Source: Rhodosorus marinus CCMP1338 (Eukaryota; Plantae; Rhodophyta). From it: a DNA stretch of 64,000 nt. The notes below the pieces were generated by a model that was not told where the DNA came from, did not search any database, and saw only the letters and a program-made list of their open reading frames with translations. The translations under genes and the position numbers were made by a program. Positions 23,482-36,259 of this stretch are shown one piece after another (position 1 is the first letter of the stretch; each line of letters starts with the position of its first letter). The DNA is taken from the NCBI GenBank assembly GCA_029953675.1, contig JAMWBK010000002.1:2976001-3040000 (forward strand), in the 5' to 3' direction.

Positions 23482-26400
23482 ATGGCGCTGAATCAAGGCT
23501 TCAAGCCCCTATTTGGGACGACCAACACGTTCGGTGGACAGCAAAACCAGCAGAACCAAGGCGGTGGTTTTGGGTCCACCGGCGGCTCCGTTTTTGGTCA
23601 GCCCAGTGCGGGTGGTGCCGTTGGTGGTGCTAGTGGTGGTGGTGGCGGTGGTTTATTCGGAGGTGGTGGGAACACTGGTGGAGGCGGTTTCGGTAGCTCT
23701 GGGGGCGGAGGAGTGCTGTTCGGGAACCAGAACAGATCCACAGGCTTTGGTAGTACGACTACACAACCAGGTTTTGGTGGTGGGAATACGATGGGTGGTG
23801 GAGGCGGTTCTCTTTTCGGTGGCAGCTCAACAATGGGAGGTGGCAGTGGGGGAGGGTTAATGAACTCCATGTCAACTGGAGGAATGAACACGGGCGCAAC
23901 TGGAGGTGGTTTGTTCAGCTCGGGAGGAAGCTCTGCTTTCGGAAAACCGGCGGGGGGAGGCTTTGGGGCGTCTGGAAGCGCGTTCGGTCAATCTTCAAGC
24001 GCTTTCGGACAGCAGACCAATACATTTGGTGCTAACACCACACCGTTTGGGGGAAATACGATCGGAGGGGACGTGGGCGCAAAGGGAACGGCGGGGACCA
24101 AGTATCAAGTAACCGGCGAGTATGATTCTACTCAAGGAACGAACCTCAGGTTTCAGTCGATATCCCTCATGCCCGCATACAAGGTAAGATCCCTGTTCTA
24201 GAGAGAAAACATTGCGCCTTCGAATCTGGTTATCATCTGACTCAACTAAACCCGTCTCTCAAAATTCTTAGAACAAATCTGTGGAGGAGCTACGAGTTGA
24301 GGATTATCAGCTCGGAAACAAGGGAGGTCAAGGAGGCGCTAGTGGGGGCGGAATGTTCGGCGCCGCAAGTGGAAGCCAAATGGCGCCCGGTGGCAGCACG
24401 TTTGGCGGCGGGTTTGGTGGCCAAAGCTCCAGCTCTTCTCTATGGGGGGGAAGCCAACAACCAGCAACGCAAAGTGGTTTTGGAGGTGCCAGTACCCCCG
24501 CGTTCGGTGGCAGTACACAAGGTTCGTTATTCGGAGGAAACACTACCGGCCTGTTTAACTCGTCACCTAGCAACAGTGGAGGTGGGCTTTTCGGGAAGCC
24601 AGCGAGTTCGGGCTTTGGATCAACGCCAGCTGGTAAGTGGAATATTTTGTCTGCGTTGTTTCGCGCGGTTTGATCTTTCTTCAAACTGCTCTCTCGAAAA
24701 GAAGGGCCGCCTTCTCCCACATGAGAAACTCACTCAATCGCTTGTTGGCTCTCTCCGAATAGGATCTCAACAGAGCGCCCCGGCACTATCCAACGCATTC
24801 GTTGGGAGCACTGGCACATCTCTCACTGGAGGCGCTGGTGGGGGACAGTTTGGCCAGGCTACTCCGGCATTTGGGCAATCTTCGTCGGCTCCGTCTTTCG
24901 GGGGTGGTTTTTCCTCAGGAGGTGCACAGGGAGGCGGCCTGTTTGGAGGCATTGGGGGTGGCGCGAACACGCAGCAATCAGCCCCTACATTGGGAGCCGC
25001 GCCGGCTTTTGGTGCATCATCGAGTACGTTTAGTTTGTCGGCCGCTCCAACACAAGCAGCAAAGCCCTTTTCAACACCGACGCTCTCTGCTCCCGGTCAG
25101 TTCGGATCCGGACTTTCTGGCGGTAGGTCCTCACGCTCTAGCAGAGGGAAATTGGAAGGCGCAAGCAACTAATAAGTCCCTGTCGTTCTTCAGGTCTTTT
25201 CGCGAGTTCATCTGCGTCTTCCAGCAGCCTAGCACAGCCTTCATTTAGTTTTGGCGGACAATCCGCTGCTGCCCCATCAACGTCCCTATTCAATTCAACT
25301 CCAACTCAGGCACCGCAGCAGCCTCTGCAGACCACTATCAGCGCATCGCCGTACGGCGCTTCCCAGTTGTTCTCTTCGCCTGTTGCTTCGGCAAGCCCTT
25401 CAAAAGATGTCCAGCTCACAGCTGGAAGAGCTTCTGGTAAGAAAGCAATCCTACGCTATCAATGACTCAACGAGTGAGTTGGCGATCCAGATTCACCCAA
25501 CGGAAGCAATGCCCTTCTACGTGCTCAGGTCCAGCCCAATCAGGGAATGATTTAGCCAGTAAGGCGAGTTCCCCGTCGGTGTACAGGAGAACTCCTCGAT
25601 CAAATGCCAGAGTAAGACCGCGCAGCTACGTACCGAAGAGCGGAAACGTCGGTGGAAGCGCGTCCATTGCTTCCCTTTTCGGGTCCACCAACGGATCCCC
25701 GGCGTTTTCGGCTAGCAACTTCTTGGGAGGAAAAGATTCATCGCCTTGGAAGTCACCCGATAAGTCTGGTGGTGAACGCAACGGCAACATCAAGACGCTG
25801 GTCATTGAGCCCGTGGTTCAAACTCCCCCGAACTCCGTTGCCCGCACGCTAGCGCTGAGCGACATTAAGAGGTCTTCCGAAGGCAGGCTGTCCACCCCGA
25901 ATGGAACAGATCGAGATTACAGGTCCCCATCTGGGAACGGGAGGTCTACGGAACGAGCCGCTGGACAACGCTTGAGCTACGGAACCCCTCTACCCGAGTC
26001 CAGTAGGAAGGAGGTAGTTTCCAGACCTACTCCAAGGAAGGCCTCTGGTACGCGTTGGGAATCACAACTGCAGTAGAGAATGTTGTATTGTCCCTGACAC
26101 GATCTTCTTCTCCTTTTCTCGCGCGAAGCAGCAAACGATAGTCCGAATACCGTGGACTTTTCAGGAAGCAGTCCAGCAGCAGGGAATTCTCGAGGAAATG
26201 AGCGCGAGGAATACTCGCTTGGCGACATTCAACCTCACTCAGCGAGTTTCGCCCCGATTCTGACGAGGGAAGGATATTACTCAGTCCCAGAGATCTCTGT
26301 ATTGAGGTAACTTTGCTCAAGTTTGGATTCGCCTGTTTCTACGAGAACGGATTCGTTCATGAGACCCTATGCGTCTCAAAGCTGACTTTGTTTGTTTTCT

Positions 26401-26910
26401 GTTGCGTCAACGATCACAGGCAAATGTCCGAGGAGAATTTGAGGGAAGTGGAAGCCTTCACTGTTGGTCGAAGTGGAATTGGAGAAGTCACGTGGACCGG
26501 AAAGACGGACTTGAGGAACATGGATTTGGATACTATTGTACAGCTGGAACCAAGAGAAGTGATTGTTTACGCCGATGAAGATGACAAGCCCGCGCTTGGG
26601 GAGGGTTTGAACAAGCCAGCGGAGGTATACTTCCCACAAGCCATATCAATGGTCGTGTTTGAGTTTCCAATGTCCTCATTATTTTTCTCTCGTCTATTGC
26701 AATGCGTAGGTTACCCTTGAAAAGATCTTCCGCAAGGATAAGAAGACGGGGCAGAAACTTGATGACGATGCTTCAATTGAGTCTCTAGTCAAGCGCTTGA
26801 AAGCCCATTGTGAGAAGGAAGGTCTTACGTTTCTCAGCTACGAGGCCTCCACAGAATTGTGGAGGTTCAGGGCTGACCATTTCAGCCGGTACTATATTGA
26901 TGAAGTGTAG
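23482..26910 (+). CDS. NUP98: Nucleoporin Nup98 (FG/GLFG repeats, GLEBS, autopeptidase), without Nup96
   Basis: GGLFG/FG repeats, GLEBS FQSISLMPAYK|NKSVEELRVEDY, autopeptidase FTVGRSGIGEVTW...GLNKPAE, and terminal ADHF-SRYYIDEV*. Confidence 0.95.
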
Positions 26911-27402
26911 CGGAATGTGATACAGCGGAGGTGAAACGTAGCAGTGCAATGGTCCCTTGACTACGAAGGATTAACTGGACGATGCGGAAATTTGCAGCGC
27001 AAGCTGCACAACGGATTTGTGCGAGACGCTTTTGAACTTTTAGATAGGTCTAGCGTTTTTTTTTAACTTCGGAGGTTTTTTGTGAGTTTTGATGATGAGG
27101 TTTCTTCTTCGTCGAGGTTTTTGGTTTTGGGGGGGGGGGCGGGATCCCCAGTGCGGCATCCTCCTTACAGCTCCGTGCTTCTCAAATCTGTTCGGAAAAT
27201 TAACTTACGGTGTCGCTTTCGCCAAATTTGGTTTGATGAAGTATCTACGGCGAAACGAAACGATGTAATAAAACGAGAAAATATTTCTTCAATCAGAATC
27301 CCGCTTGTTGACCTACGCAGTCTACGCGTGTGCGTGCCTATTCGGAGATCTTATCATGTGCGCAAAAGTGATCGACGGCGTGGACTGAGCCCACACCATC
27401 GT

Positions 27403-27424
27403 GAGGCGAGACTAGTCTCGCCTC
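27403..27424. repeat. Perfect 22-bp palindrome GAGGCGAGACT-AGTCTCGCCTC
   Basis: The two 11-nt arms are exact reverse complements with no loop. Confidence 0.95.
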
Positions 27425-27658
27425 CGAAAGACTTTTTTTGCTGCTCTTGTTCTAGCACAACTGTCTTAAAGCAATCGGTCAGCAGAACGGCTATGAAAAC
27501 CGCTTCACGAGCTTCTGTTTGAAGTGCAAGGCATTCAATTGTTTCGCCTAGAACGACTGAGTATCAACGTGGAATCTTGGGGCAGAAGAAACTTACCACT
27601 CTCAGTGCGCTTCTTGTAGAGAGAACAATAATATTGACTGAAGTCAAGAACACGTAAA

Positions 27659-28343
27659 TCAGTTTCTAGGTTGAAGAGGGAAGCCTGTTCTTTTGCGCTG
27701 ATGAAGTATGTTCCCGTCCCTGTCCATTCTCCTATAGGCCTCTCGAAGGTGCTTCGGATGCAATGCCCCGGCATCTCCCCATTCCTTCTGGATGTCCAGG
27801 GCATTCTCAACGATCTCCCCAACGAATACTTTTGCGAGACCTTTCACCGCGATGATGAAAGGGTCAGAAGGAGGTATGGTAACGGGAATCAAGTTGCGCG
27901 ATGTGAGCAGTTTCTTAATTTTGTGCTGCTTGAGGTCAGATTTTCTGTAAAACTCGTATCTGTTCATCTGTTCAGGTCCAAGTTGCGAGACCTACACAAT
28001 TCCAGTATCCATATGAGCGACCGTAAACGACCAAAACGACGGAAAGAGGCCAGGGTTCCACCAATCTCACCTGACGAGACTGCATCTCCATAAGACGTTG
28101 TAAATCAAACTCTTTATCATCATAGTAATCATCGGGAACAACCGTAATCTGTTTCTTCGCGACCTTGGCCTTTCCGGGCCCGCCTCCCCCACCAGCCTTT
28201 TTCTTCACTGCCTCCGTTACTCGCTTGGCACCACCCTCATCAACAGCTACTTCTGCTTTCTTTTCAACAACCTCAGCTTTCCTTTTCACTCCAACCATCC
28301 CACTACTACCACCCTCCCCACCTCCACCCTTCTTTCCCTCCAT
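27659..28343 (-). CDS. TAF11: TFIID subunit TAF11 (histone fold), multi-exon
   Basis: QMNRYEFYRKS...IAVKGLAKVFVGEIVE...LHPKHLREAYRR, preceded by a Lys/Gly-rich first exon starting MEGKKGG at 28343. Confidence 0.9.
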
Positions 28344-28560
28344 CCACGTCCTGCCACAAACAACCAGGCACAAAGTAGATCGATGTGACGAAACAAATAC
28401 AAAATTTATTCCGTACGAACAGGCAAACACAATTCTTTTTCAGCTCATCCAATCTTTCTCTTTATCTCATACGCCAATAGTACGTATCCTTCCTTTCCCC
28501 AACCCGACGCAGTATGTTCTCCCGCACTTCGTCGTCTCCTTCAAACAAACAACTTCCGAG

Positions 28561-28620
28561 TGTCCCACGACTTCCCCCTATGGTCGGTGTCCCGGGACAG
28601 TCCCAATTGCGAAGTGGGAC
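28561..28620. promoter_or_regulatory. Candidate cis-element cluster (TGTCCC/GTCCCA) upstream of TAF11
   Basis: TGTCCCAC at 28561, palindrome TGTCCCGGGACA at 28588-28599, GTCCCA at 28600 and GTGGGAC at 28614. Confidence 0.4.
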
Positions 28621-29333
28621 GCGTAACAAAATTTGCAGGTTGGGTGAAGGCACCTGGTTTGGTGTTTTATGGGTGGAGAGATGTGTAATGAGTATCAACA
28701 ACTCTGCAGTGGTTTTAGAAATGCATGATCTCTGCTCTCTTCGAAAGTCGTTGCTCGAATTTGTGGACTTGCGAGAAGGAATTTGGACCTGGATATGAGA
28801 TTTAACGCTGGTCTACCGGTGTCTGAGAGGGTTCCCTGCCGTCGTGGACCTATGGGTTTGATGGTGGTGGTTGGGTCTCCCAAGTGCTCGTGATTGGTGC
28901 CTGATTATTCTACAAATCATGAAGTTCGCACTCGTTGCTTTTCGACGTTTTAGTCAGGTACGTCTAGGTGAGGAGAGCGACTGTGTTCCCTCTTGATTTA
29001 CCTTCTACGTCATACAATACATTCTGTTAGGAATCCTCAAATCAAATTCAAAGTCAATATGCTGGACAACCGGATTAGGGTGTCATCCCTGACAAGCTGA
29101 TGAAGTTGAGCAGTTTTTCACGGTGCTTAGTTAGCCGCATGTCCCCCAACTCTTCATCCTCCCACCCAAGAGAGTGTCACGATGCTCAGGAATGCCAGTT
29201 CATCAAGTAGCGGTGTCAGTGGCTGTGTGCTGCTGAAGTTTCAGGGGCGCAATCCGATTACGCAGCCGTCCAGCTCAATACGCAATACGCTTGCTAGCAC
29301 AACGATTCAAACTTCCATGACATGTATAGCTCC

Positions 29334-32300
29334 TCAGTCGGTATTAGGTTCAACAAGAACTTGAATATGAGCGTCAGCAATCCCGTGATTTCGCTCGACC
29401 CTTTCTATGACATCGGGATACGTTTCCTCTAGAGCAATGGGACTCAGCACCCTTATTTCCTTCTTCGTTTCTACCGCTAGCAACCTCAAGGACGTCAATT
29501 TCGCTGGTGGTTTCAGCGCGGCGTGAATCCGGTCCAGGAGAGTTTTCATCTTTGCGTCAGGGTCGAGCTTCATCGACGTGAATTGCTCGATCTTCCAGGG
29601 CTCGTCGGGTATTGGCGACTGATTTCCATTGGCTCCCCATAGCCGTCTGTCTGGAGACCACATCACTTCAATTATGTAGCCATCGCTCGTAAGGGTTGAC
29701 TCAACGGGATAGTCAGTAAGCTCATAATACAGTATTTGGTAGTCCTTAACAGGTTTTCGATCCACGCTCTTCGTCTTCAGGGCATCTTGGTTCCCGAAAA
29801 TGGACATGACCTTGCTCTCCGGCACCGATGGTATGTCAAGTGCGTTTCCCTTTCGGAGGGCAGCGTGGTCAGCTTTAATCAGCATCTCTTTCAGTGTCAT
29901 ACTAAAGCAGAAAAGAACGGAATAAAAGGATGTCAGTACGGAAATGACTGCTTGCTTACGACCCTCCCTTATGTTTCTTCAGGCTCAGCGTGGCGGGGAT
30001 GGGCACCTTCTGAAAGCGAAGTTGCCGAGACTTGGCAAAGACTTCCCAGAGGCGCTGTCATACAACTTGATGTAGTCCGGGTCACGTCTCTTCCCGAGAC
30101 CTCGAGCTAGTTCCTTCCGCACAAGCTCATCTTCATCGTTGCTGAGCAGCTCGAGAACTATTCCGTCGTCTTCGAGTGGGAACCGCTGAATGAATTTGAC
30201 CTTGACCCTCAACCTCAAGTAGTCGAAGTAGTCAATAACCGTCTCAATCGGGCGTCCATTGAGCGGCGCACCCGGGTTCAAGTTTCTTTCCGATTCTTCC
30301 TCGCGAATCTAGCGCCATGCAAAGAGCGAAAGTTCGTTTAGCTTTGGACCCCTTGCAACCTGACAAACACAGAAGTGAAGCTCCATGTCCTCTTACCAAT
30401 GAACTAAGAGCCTCGACAATAACAATTCCCCCCGTCGACGTAAGGTTGCATCTTTCTAGAGGAGTAGTACCATAGAGTCTTTGAACGTCGGGTTCGGATG
30501 CCGAAACCTCCTCGTGGAAGGACAAGTTCTCGATAGAAACCATCTCATTCTTGAAGAGATCCGCAGCTACTTCCGTTAACGATTTTGACGCGTTCACTAA
30601 AACCTTCCCCACAAACTCGAGATGGGGCAGAGGCTTTGGTACAAACTTCTTAAAAAACAGGAGCACCTCGTCATCCTCCTTCTCTAGCGGTTCCCCTTCT
30701 GGGACTTCCTCCAGGAACAGACGAACATGCGTATCCGGAGCAGCATACGTCTTCGGTGTGAATCGCAGATCATCATAGTCCGTGATGAGGCTGCTGAGGC
30801 GTATCGTGTCCGGCGATTCCAATGGTTCAACTCCCGCCTTACAAGTCCTGTTCTCTGTCATTCCGAGCTTCCAAATTCTCAGTCGACTGAGGTCCTTGAG
30901 GACTTGCTCAGCCTTCAGCAGTTCCAAAAGCTTAGAAAGCAACATGGCCTTCTTCACCCTCATCTTCTTGACTTTATTCCAGGCTACGAAGTCGACCCCC
31001 TGATGGCTCGCCATATCACTTTCGGTGACTATTGCAATACTCATGTACAACAGCTGCTCAGCACGATCCTTTCGCCTTAGTTCTTCCTCCTCATTCTCAT
31101 GCACGAGCCGCTTTTCCAAAACGGGTGGCACCTCTTCGTCTGAAAAGGGTTCCAAAATGGTATTCACGTGATCTTTCCTTATGTATTGCAGCCAATAGGC
31201 ACTGGTACACTTCTTAATATTATTGTTCGTCACCATGGGATGATTGTTATCCGCATCTGCAATGGCTTCACCACCATACCCGAAGTTGTCATCCAGAGCC
31301 TGTTTCGGTTTGGCCTCGGTGACAATCTCATCGTCGAACTTGTACCACTTCTCGCCCTCCTCTGGGTTAGGCCGAATGAAAGCATAATAGTGTCCGCCGT
31401 TCACGTCTCCACTGTGGACCAGCACAGAGTGGAGTACGTACACATCATTCCCGTCTGACTTTTCCACGTACTTTGTTAGGTCTATCTCGTTGCCAAACTC
31501 GTACCAATCATTGATCTTCACCCCCATGCCCCGATAAGGGTCGAATTCGATTCTAATTAGATGTAGTTGAAGCACCGGAGGAAGGGATAAAATTTTGTAG
31601 CCCATCCGCGCATCCTGAGGCTCATCATAGCCGTCTGCTTTGTACTTGTTCTCTCCATCGAGCATTTCGACCTCTGTGAACTTATCAAATGACTCGTAGA
31701 TGTTCTTACACCCCTTCACTGTCAACTGAAGGTCCAAAAACGTCTGATGGTTCTCACTTTTGTAGGGAACGTTCACACATTCAATATAATTACACTGCTT
31801 TCCCTCGAACAGCTTTGATATATAGTTCTCTTTCTTCTCTTTCTTCAAAGTTTCCTCCAGGTGATTTGTTAGGAGTCTGTTTAACTCTTGTACGTCATGC
31901 TGAGTGAACGCGTCAACCGTATCCCAACCAAAACTGCGGGTCAACTTTTTGGTTCTTACAACACCTTGGCCCTTCTGAAGGTCATAGAAGACTCTTTGAA
32001 GTGCGTACGTGATGTTCGTTGAGTTCACGTCCTCAGGCAGCGACATTTGGTAAACACCTCGTCGGAATGTACCGATCGTATACAGCGTTTGTAAAAGAGA
32101 GTTCATGTAGCAAGTTGCTCCCTAGACCACAAAGAAACAGAAGAAAAAACAAGCGAAATCACGAAAAACATCAGAACTAGTTCTAACGCGACGGTAATCT
32201 TCAAGGTGCACAAAAAAATCCCGTACCTGGTTCTTTAACCCCGCGAACCCAGTCGTTTTCCGAGAATCGTATTGAGGTTGAGCATCTTGCAGAGTAATGC

Positions 32301-33138
32301 TCACTTGGAGCACAACTGTATCATTCACTCTAAAACATTCTTTCGGGTCGTACAACAGCTTGATCAACGCAAAGTCCTGAAATCCCCAATCGCAATCTGT
32401 CTCGGAAAACTGGTGACTACTCTCCCTCTCACACGGCTTTCCACCGGGCTTTTGCGATAGTACCCTGAGCTTGAAGCTTGCATTTCTCATCCAGCTCTGC
32501 CCATCATTCAATGGATCTGATCATCACATCCAAAGCGTAGGAAGCAATAGCTTAAGTGAATCAGATCGAAAAAGATAGGAGGGCACCAAACGATTTCGTA
32601 CCTTCCACATCAGCCTCGTTAACGGGCCCCGGACAGTCGAGGTAAACAGAAAAGTGTTCAGATCTGTCGCCAACTCCTCCGTTGCCAGCTGGGAAGACAA
32701 GGAGCCGCCATCGGTAACCTCCGAAATGGTGCTCCGGGCTATACAGCTTCTTCTCGCGAGTGGAGAATTCAGTGACTTCCAAGGTAAACGAAAACGAGTT
32801 CTCATCTTTCTGCTAACCACAAAAAGAAGCAGTAGAAAACAATAATTTGAGCATCGCGAAATCTGGATCAACATCAGCTGCGCTCAGTAGTCCTCACCTC
32901 CTCCGAAGGCGGTACCACGCTTGCTGGTCCTACTTCCTCCTCTGATTCGTCCACATGCTCTTCAGGTACCCCCTTCGCGTCCTCCGCCTGCTCCAGGCGT
33001 CAATCAAATTGCAAAAAAAACGTAAGCAACGAGAACTCCAAGGGCTCAAGGTAAAGTATCACCCGCACTAGTGCCGATGTACATCTGAGAATCACAGCTT
33101 ACCGTAGGGAAGAGCGACCCATCTCGGCCTTCATCCAT
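29334..33138 (-). CDS. USP7: MATH-domain ubiquitin-specific protease, USP7/UBP12-13-like, multi-exon
   Basis: MATH domain (GGYRWRLLVFP, FSVYL, DWGFQDF), Cys box GLKNQ|GATCYMNSLLQ, QHDVQE and His box VHSGDVNGGHYYAFI. First exon MDEGRDGSLFPT at 33138. Confidence 0.95.
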
Positions 33139-34779
33139 CAATCTTCACGGTGTTTCTAGCGTGCTCAGCCACCGGCTTGCGCAAGATAAAGAAAGGTGCA
33201 AAGGAAAGCAAACCCCCAGAAATCGACGAGATAAAACAAGCTAGAAAAAGACGCACGCAAATGACGAGTTCCGACAAGCCAGTACACACAAACCGGGCTG
33301 TCACAGCCAAACGACCATCACTCAACTCTTGCAACAGCCAAGCCCTTCAGATGAACAAATATCCAGTGTCTCTCTCTATTCAGTTCCTTCCCTCGACAAG
33401 CTTTTTGCATAGGCTTTCCCATCCCCTCCTGCTGGTGCCCCGCCCGGGTGCTACGGGATTTCTCGAGCGTGGGGAACCGAAACACTAATCCTTTGACGAA
33501 AAAAAACTTTTTCAAAGGTGCTCTTCAGAATCCTCTGATGACCATGAAAGACACTAATCTTGCAGGCTTGGACAATTGTGTTCTACAGCTTGAAATACGT
33601 TTGTAGCGCAACCGATTCGGACCAGATACCGGGCCTGCACACCGATGCCAGTCTGCGGTTCTTTGCACATGGGGCAATTTGCACATGAGATCAAGTTGAT
33701 CAAATCTTCTTTCTTGGATTCTCGCGCGTGCCCAGATTCCAAACTACTGCAAAGGTAAGTGAGAGGGCATCAAGAAACCGAACCATGAAAGCGCTCCACT
33801 CACGGACCATATAGTTGGTTCAGGATTCTACATAACTTCTGTCCCTCACCAACGAGCAGAATCTTCTCCCATCGTCCAATACAAAAAAGATCCGGGCCCA
33901 AAAGGACTGCAACTGGCCAATGATACCAGCATCTACTCCCTATAAAATTCTTAATTAGAATAATTCAGGAAGAAATCGTCTTTTTTCTATTTCCATGAAG
34001 TTGGAGTAAGCCCCTAATCGGTATCTGCGTGGCCAGACCAAATTAACTAAATTAAAAATATTATTAGATATTTGCTCGTGTTAGACCGAAAAGTAGAGGG
34101 GTCAAGATTTTAGGTTTAATTTGGGATTTGCTTTCTTGATCTAAAGCAAGGATATGTAGCTGACCAATCATATGTGGGTTTCAGGGCAGGTGGCTTGGAG
34201 GGGGGATCTAGTCAAATTCTAATCAGAGTTCCTTCCGGGCCTCTGAAGGACTATTTTGACGAAGCACTGAGCAGCTCAGTGGTCCTTACAAAGGAAAATT
34301 GGCGATGGAGCTCTAGGAGTCGTCGATCACAGCCTTGTAAACCATTGTGCAGTGTTTCAGACCCGGAGAAACTGCCTCCAGGGAAGTCGCAACGGCGTCA
34401 CTCACCTGGGCTTCGAAGCTTTACAGGATAGTGTTTAGATCGGGAGGAAGTGCGTCTACAGCGGTTTCACGATTCTTTTGGAAGTTTGGTGCGTCGAGCT
34501 CATAACTATTGCAGCGGTCTTTAGAATATCAAGCCCGCGTTGAACGATACCGGGCGCTTGTCCGCGAAGTAACTCCTGGTATCGGTCAACACGCCTGAAA
34601 CGAACCCAAAGATTTTGACCCGTCATCACATCAAGGGCATGAAGTGGTGCAGCGAACGAATCCCTGACACGAGATTGCTCGTATGATACGCCTGTTCCAA
34701 GGTCCTCACAAAGGATGAATTCAAAACTCAAGCAGAAGCATTGTGGAGCTGCACAGAACGGTCATCTCCTCGTTGTCCC

Positions 34780-34835
34780 AAGTTAGCTGTCCAGGCCATG
34801 TGTACCAGAGTACACATGGCCTGGACAGCTAACTT
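34780..34835. other. Perfect hairpin: 26-bp stem with 4-nt loop (caga)
   Basis: aagttagctgtccaggccatgtgtac (34780-34805) is the exact reverse complement of gtacacatggcctggacagctaactt (34810-34835). Confidence 0.95.
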
Positions 34836-35046
34836 TCTGCGAGATGCGATGCAAATCTTTCCCCTACCGTGAACAAAACGAGCGTCGCACTATAAATCTG
34901 TTCAGATCCGCAGCTTCATTCCGCGCATTGAGGGTTCCGAGGACCCGAGGTCAAGAGTTTATATGAGAGTAATAACATGATAGCAAAACGAGTTGTAGAC
35001 ACCTCAGCTGATTTTGAAAATCCTAATTCGTCTAGGTAGTACCTAG

Positions 35047-36259
35047 TTACGCTTCTGTCTTCGCCTTTGGTTTCAGTCTCTTCACTTGCGAGTAGAGACC
35101 AACGCCAAAGATGGCAATCGCAGTTCCAATCTTGTTCAAGGTTGTCACCTCGTTTTTGAACACGATGATTGAGCTTACGATAACTGCTACTCGCTTCATG
35201 GTGTTTCCTACAGCGTGCGTAACCGGGTTAACCCGTTGCAAGACTACGTACGAAAATTGGTTGTACAGGAAGTGCAAGAAGCCGCAAATACTAAGGGTGG
35301 CTAGCAAGCTCAGCCCAGATGCTCCGGCTCCCGCCGCACCGCCGAAGACACTTGCATACTTTGCTCCCTCCAGAAAGAGAGTGAACGGGAGCAGGGTAAG
35401 GAAACTAAGTATCGAAATGTACCTGCGACAGCGTTCAAAAAACGCTGGGCCGTATATCAGCGCGGTGGATCCGATTCTCAAATCAGCGTGTAGTACCTTA
35501 CCCGAACAGATTCAGATTGTCCATTTTGACGTCTTGCATACACTTCTTCGACAGCACGTTGCGGCTTTGGAAAGCGATATTGCTGCTCATGGCAGTGCCG
35601 AAGCCAAGCCAGTTGAAAGACACTTCGTTCGCCGATGCGAGTGTAACTCCAGCAACGATCGGGAGTAGTGACGCGTAAACTGCAGGGTGAAAGGCAGTCC
35701 CAGGTACGAAGATCTTTGAGAGTGCAACGGAAAAGAAAGGCTCTCCCGCCTTGATCGTGTGAGTGAAAGAAACAGCCATTTGGCGAAGGCTCAGGTTTGT
35801 CAAGATATTCCCAAGCATATGTGAGAGCGCGAGAGGGTAGATCGACTTCAGCTCCTCTTTAGTCGCTTTGTGCATCTTGTGAACTCCCGTCGCCCAAAGG
35901 ACGACGGCAACAAGAGCGCCCATCCCGAACTGGAACAACGTGACGGTGGTGTACAGAGGAAATATCTTCAAGAGCCTCTTGTTCTGGATGTTGAACATGA
36001 TGTTCGCCCCATACCAGCAGCCGATGTAAAGCAGAAGAGCAGCTCGCTCTGCCAGCGTCTTTTCCTTCTCGGCTGGTGGCTGGCTAGCCGCTGTGGATGC
36101 CGACATTCTCGTAACCGGCCTTCCTTGACTCTCACCATTGTTCTGTGAAATGACAGGCAGCCTTCCAGATCTCACAAATCCAGACCTAGTTGACGAGCAA
36201 GTGGACGCCACAGACGGAGACGCCCTCAGGGAACCAGACACAACCGACACAAACGCCAT
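35047..36259 (-). CDS. PPT: Plastid phosphate translocator, PEP/phosphate (PPT)-like, 2 exons
   Basis: MAFVSVV transit peptide; SFTHTIKAGEPFF, QSRNVLSKK and VTHAVGNTMKRV. GNILTNLSL and VTLFQF resemble PPT more than TPT. Confidence 0.88.

Noticed and set aside
27082-27522. 146-aa + ORF after Nup98 as a possible Nup96 remnant
   Set aside because: It starts at GTG, has no Nup96-like features and lies in the convergent 3' region.
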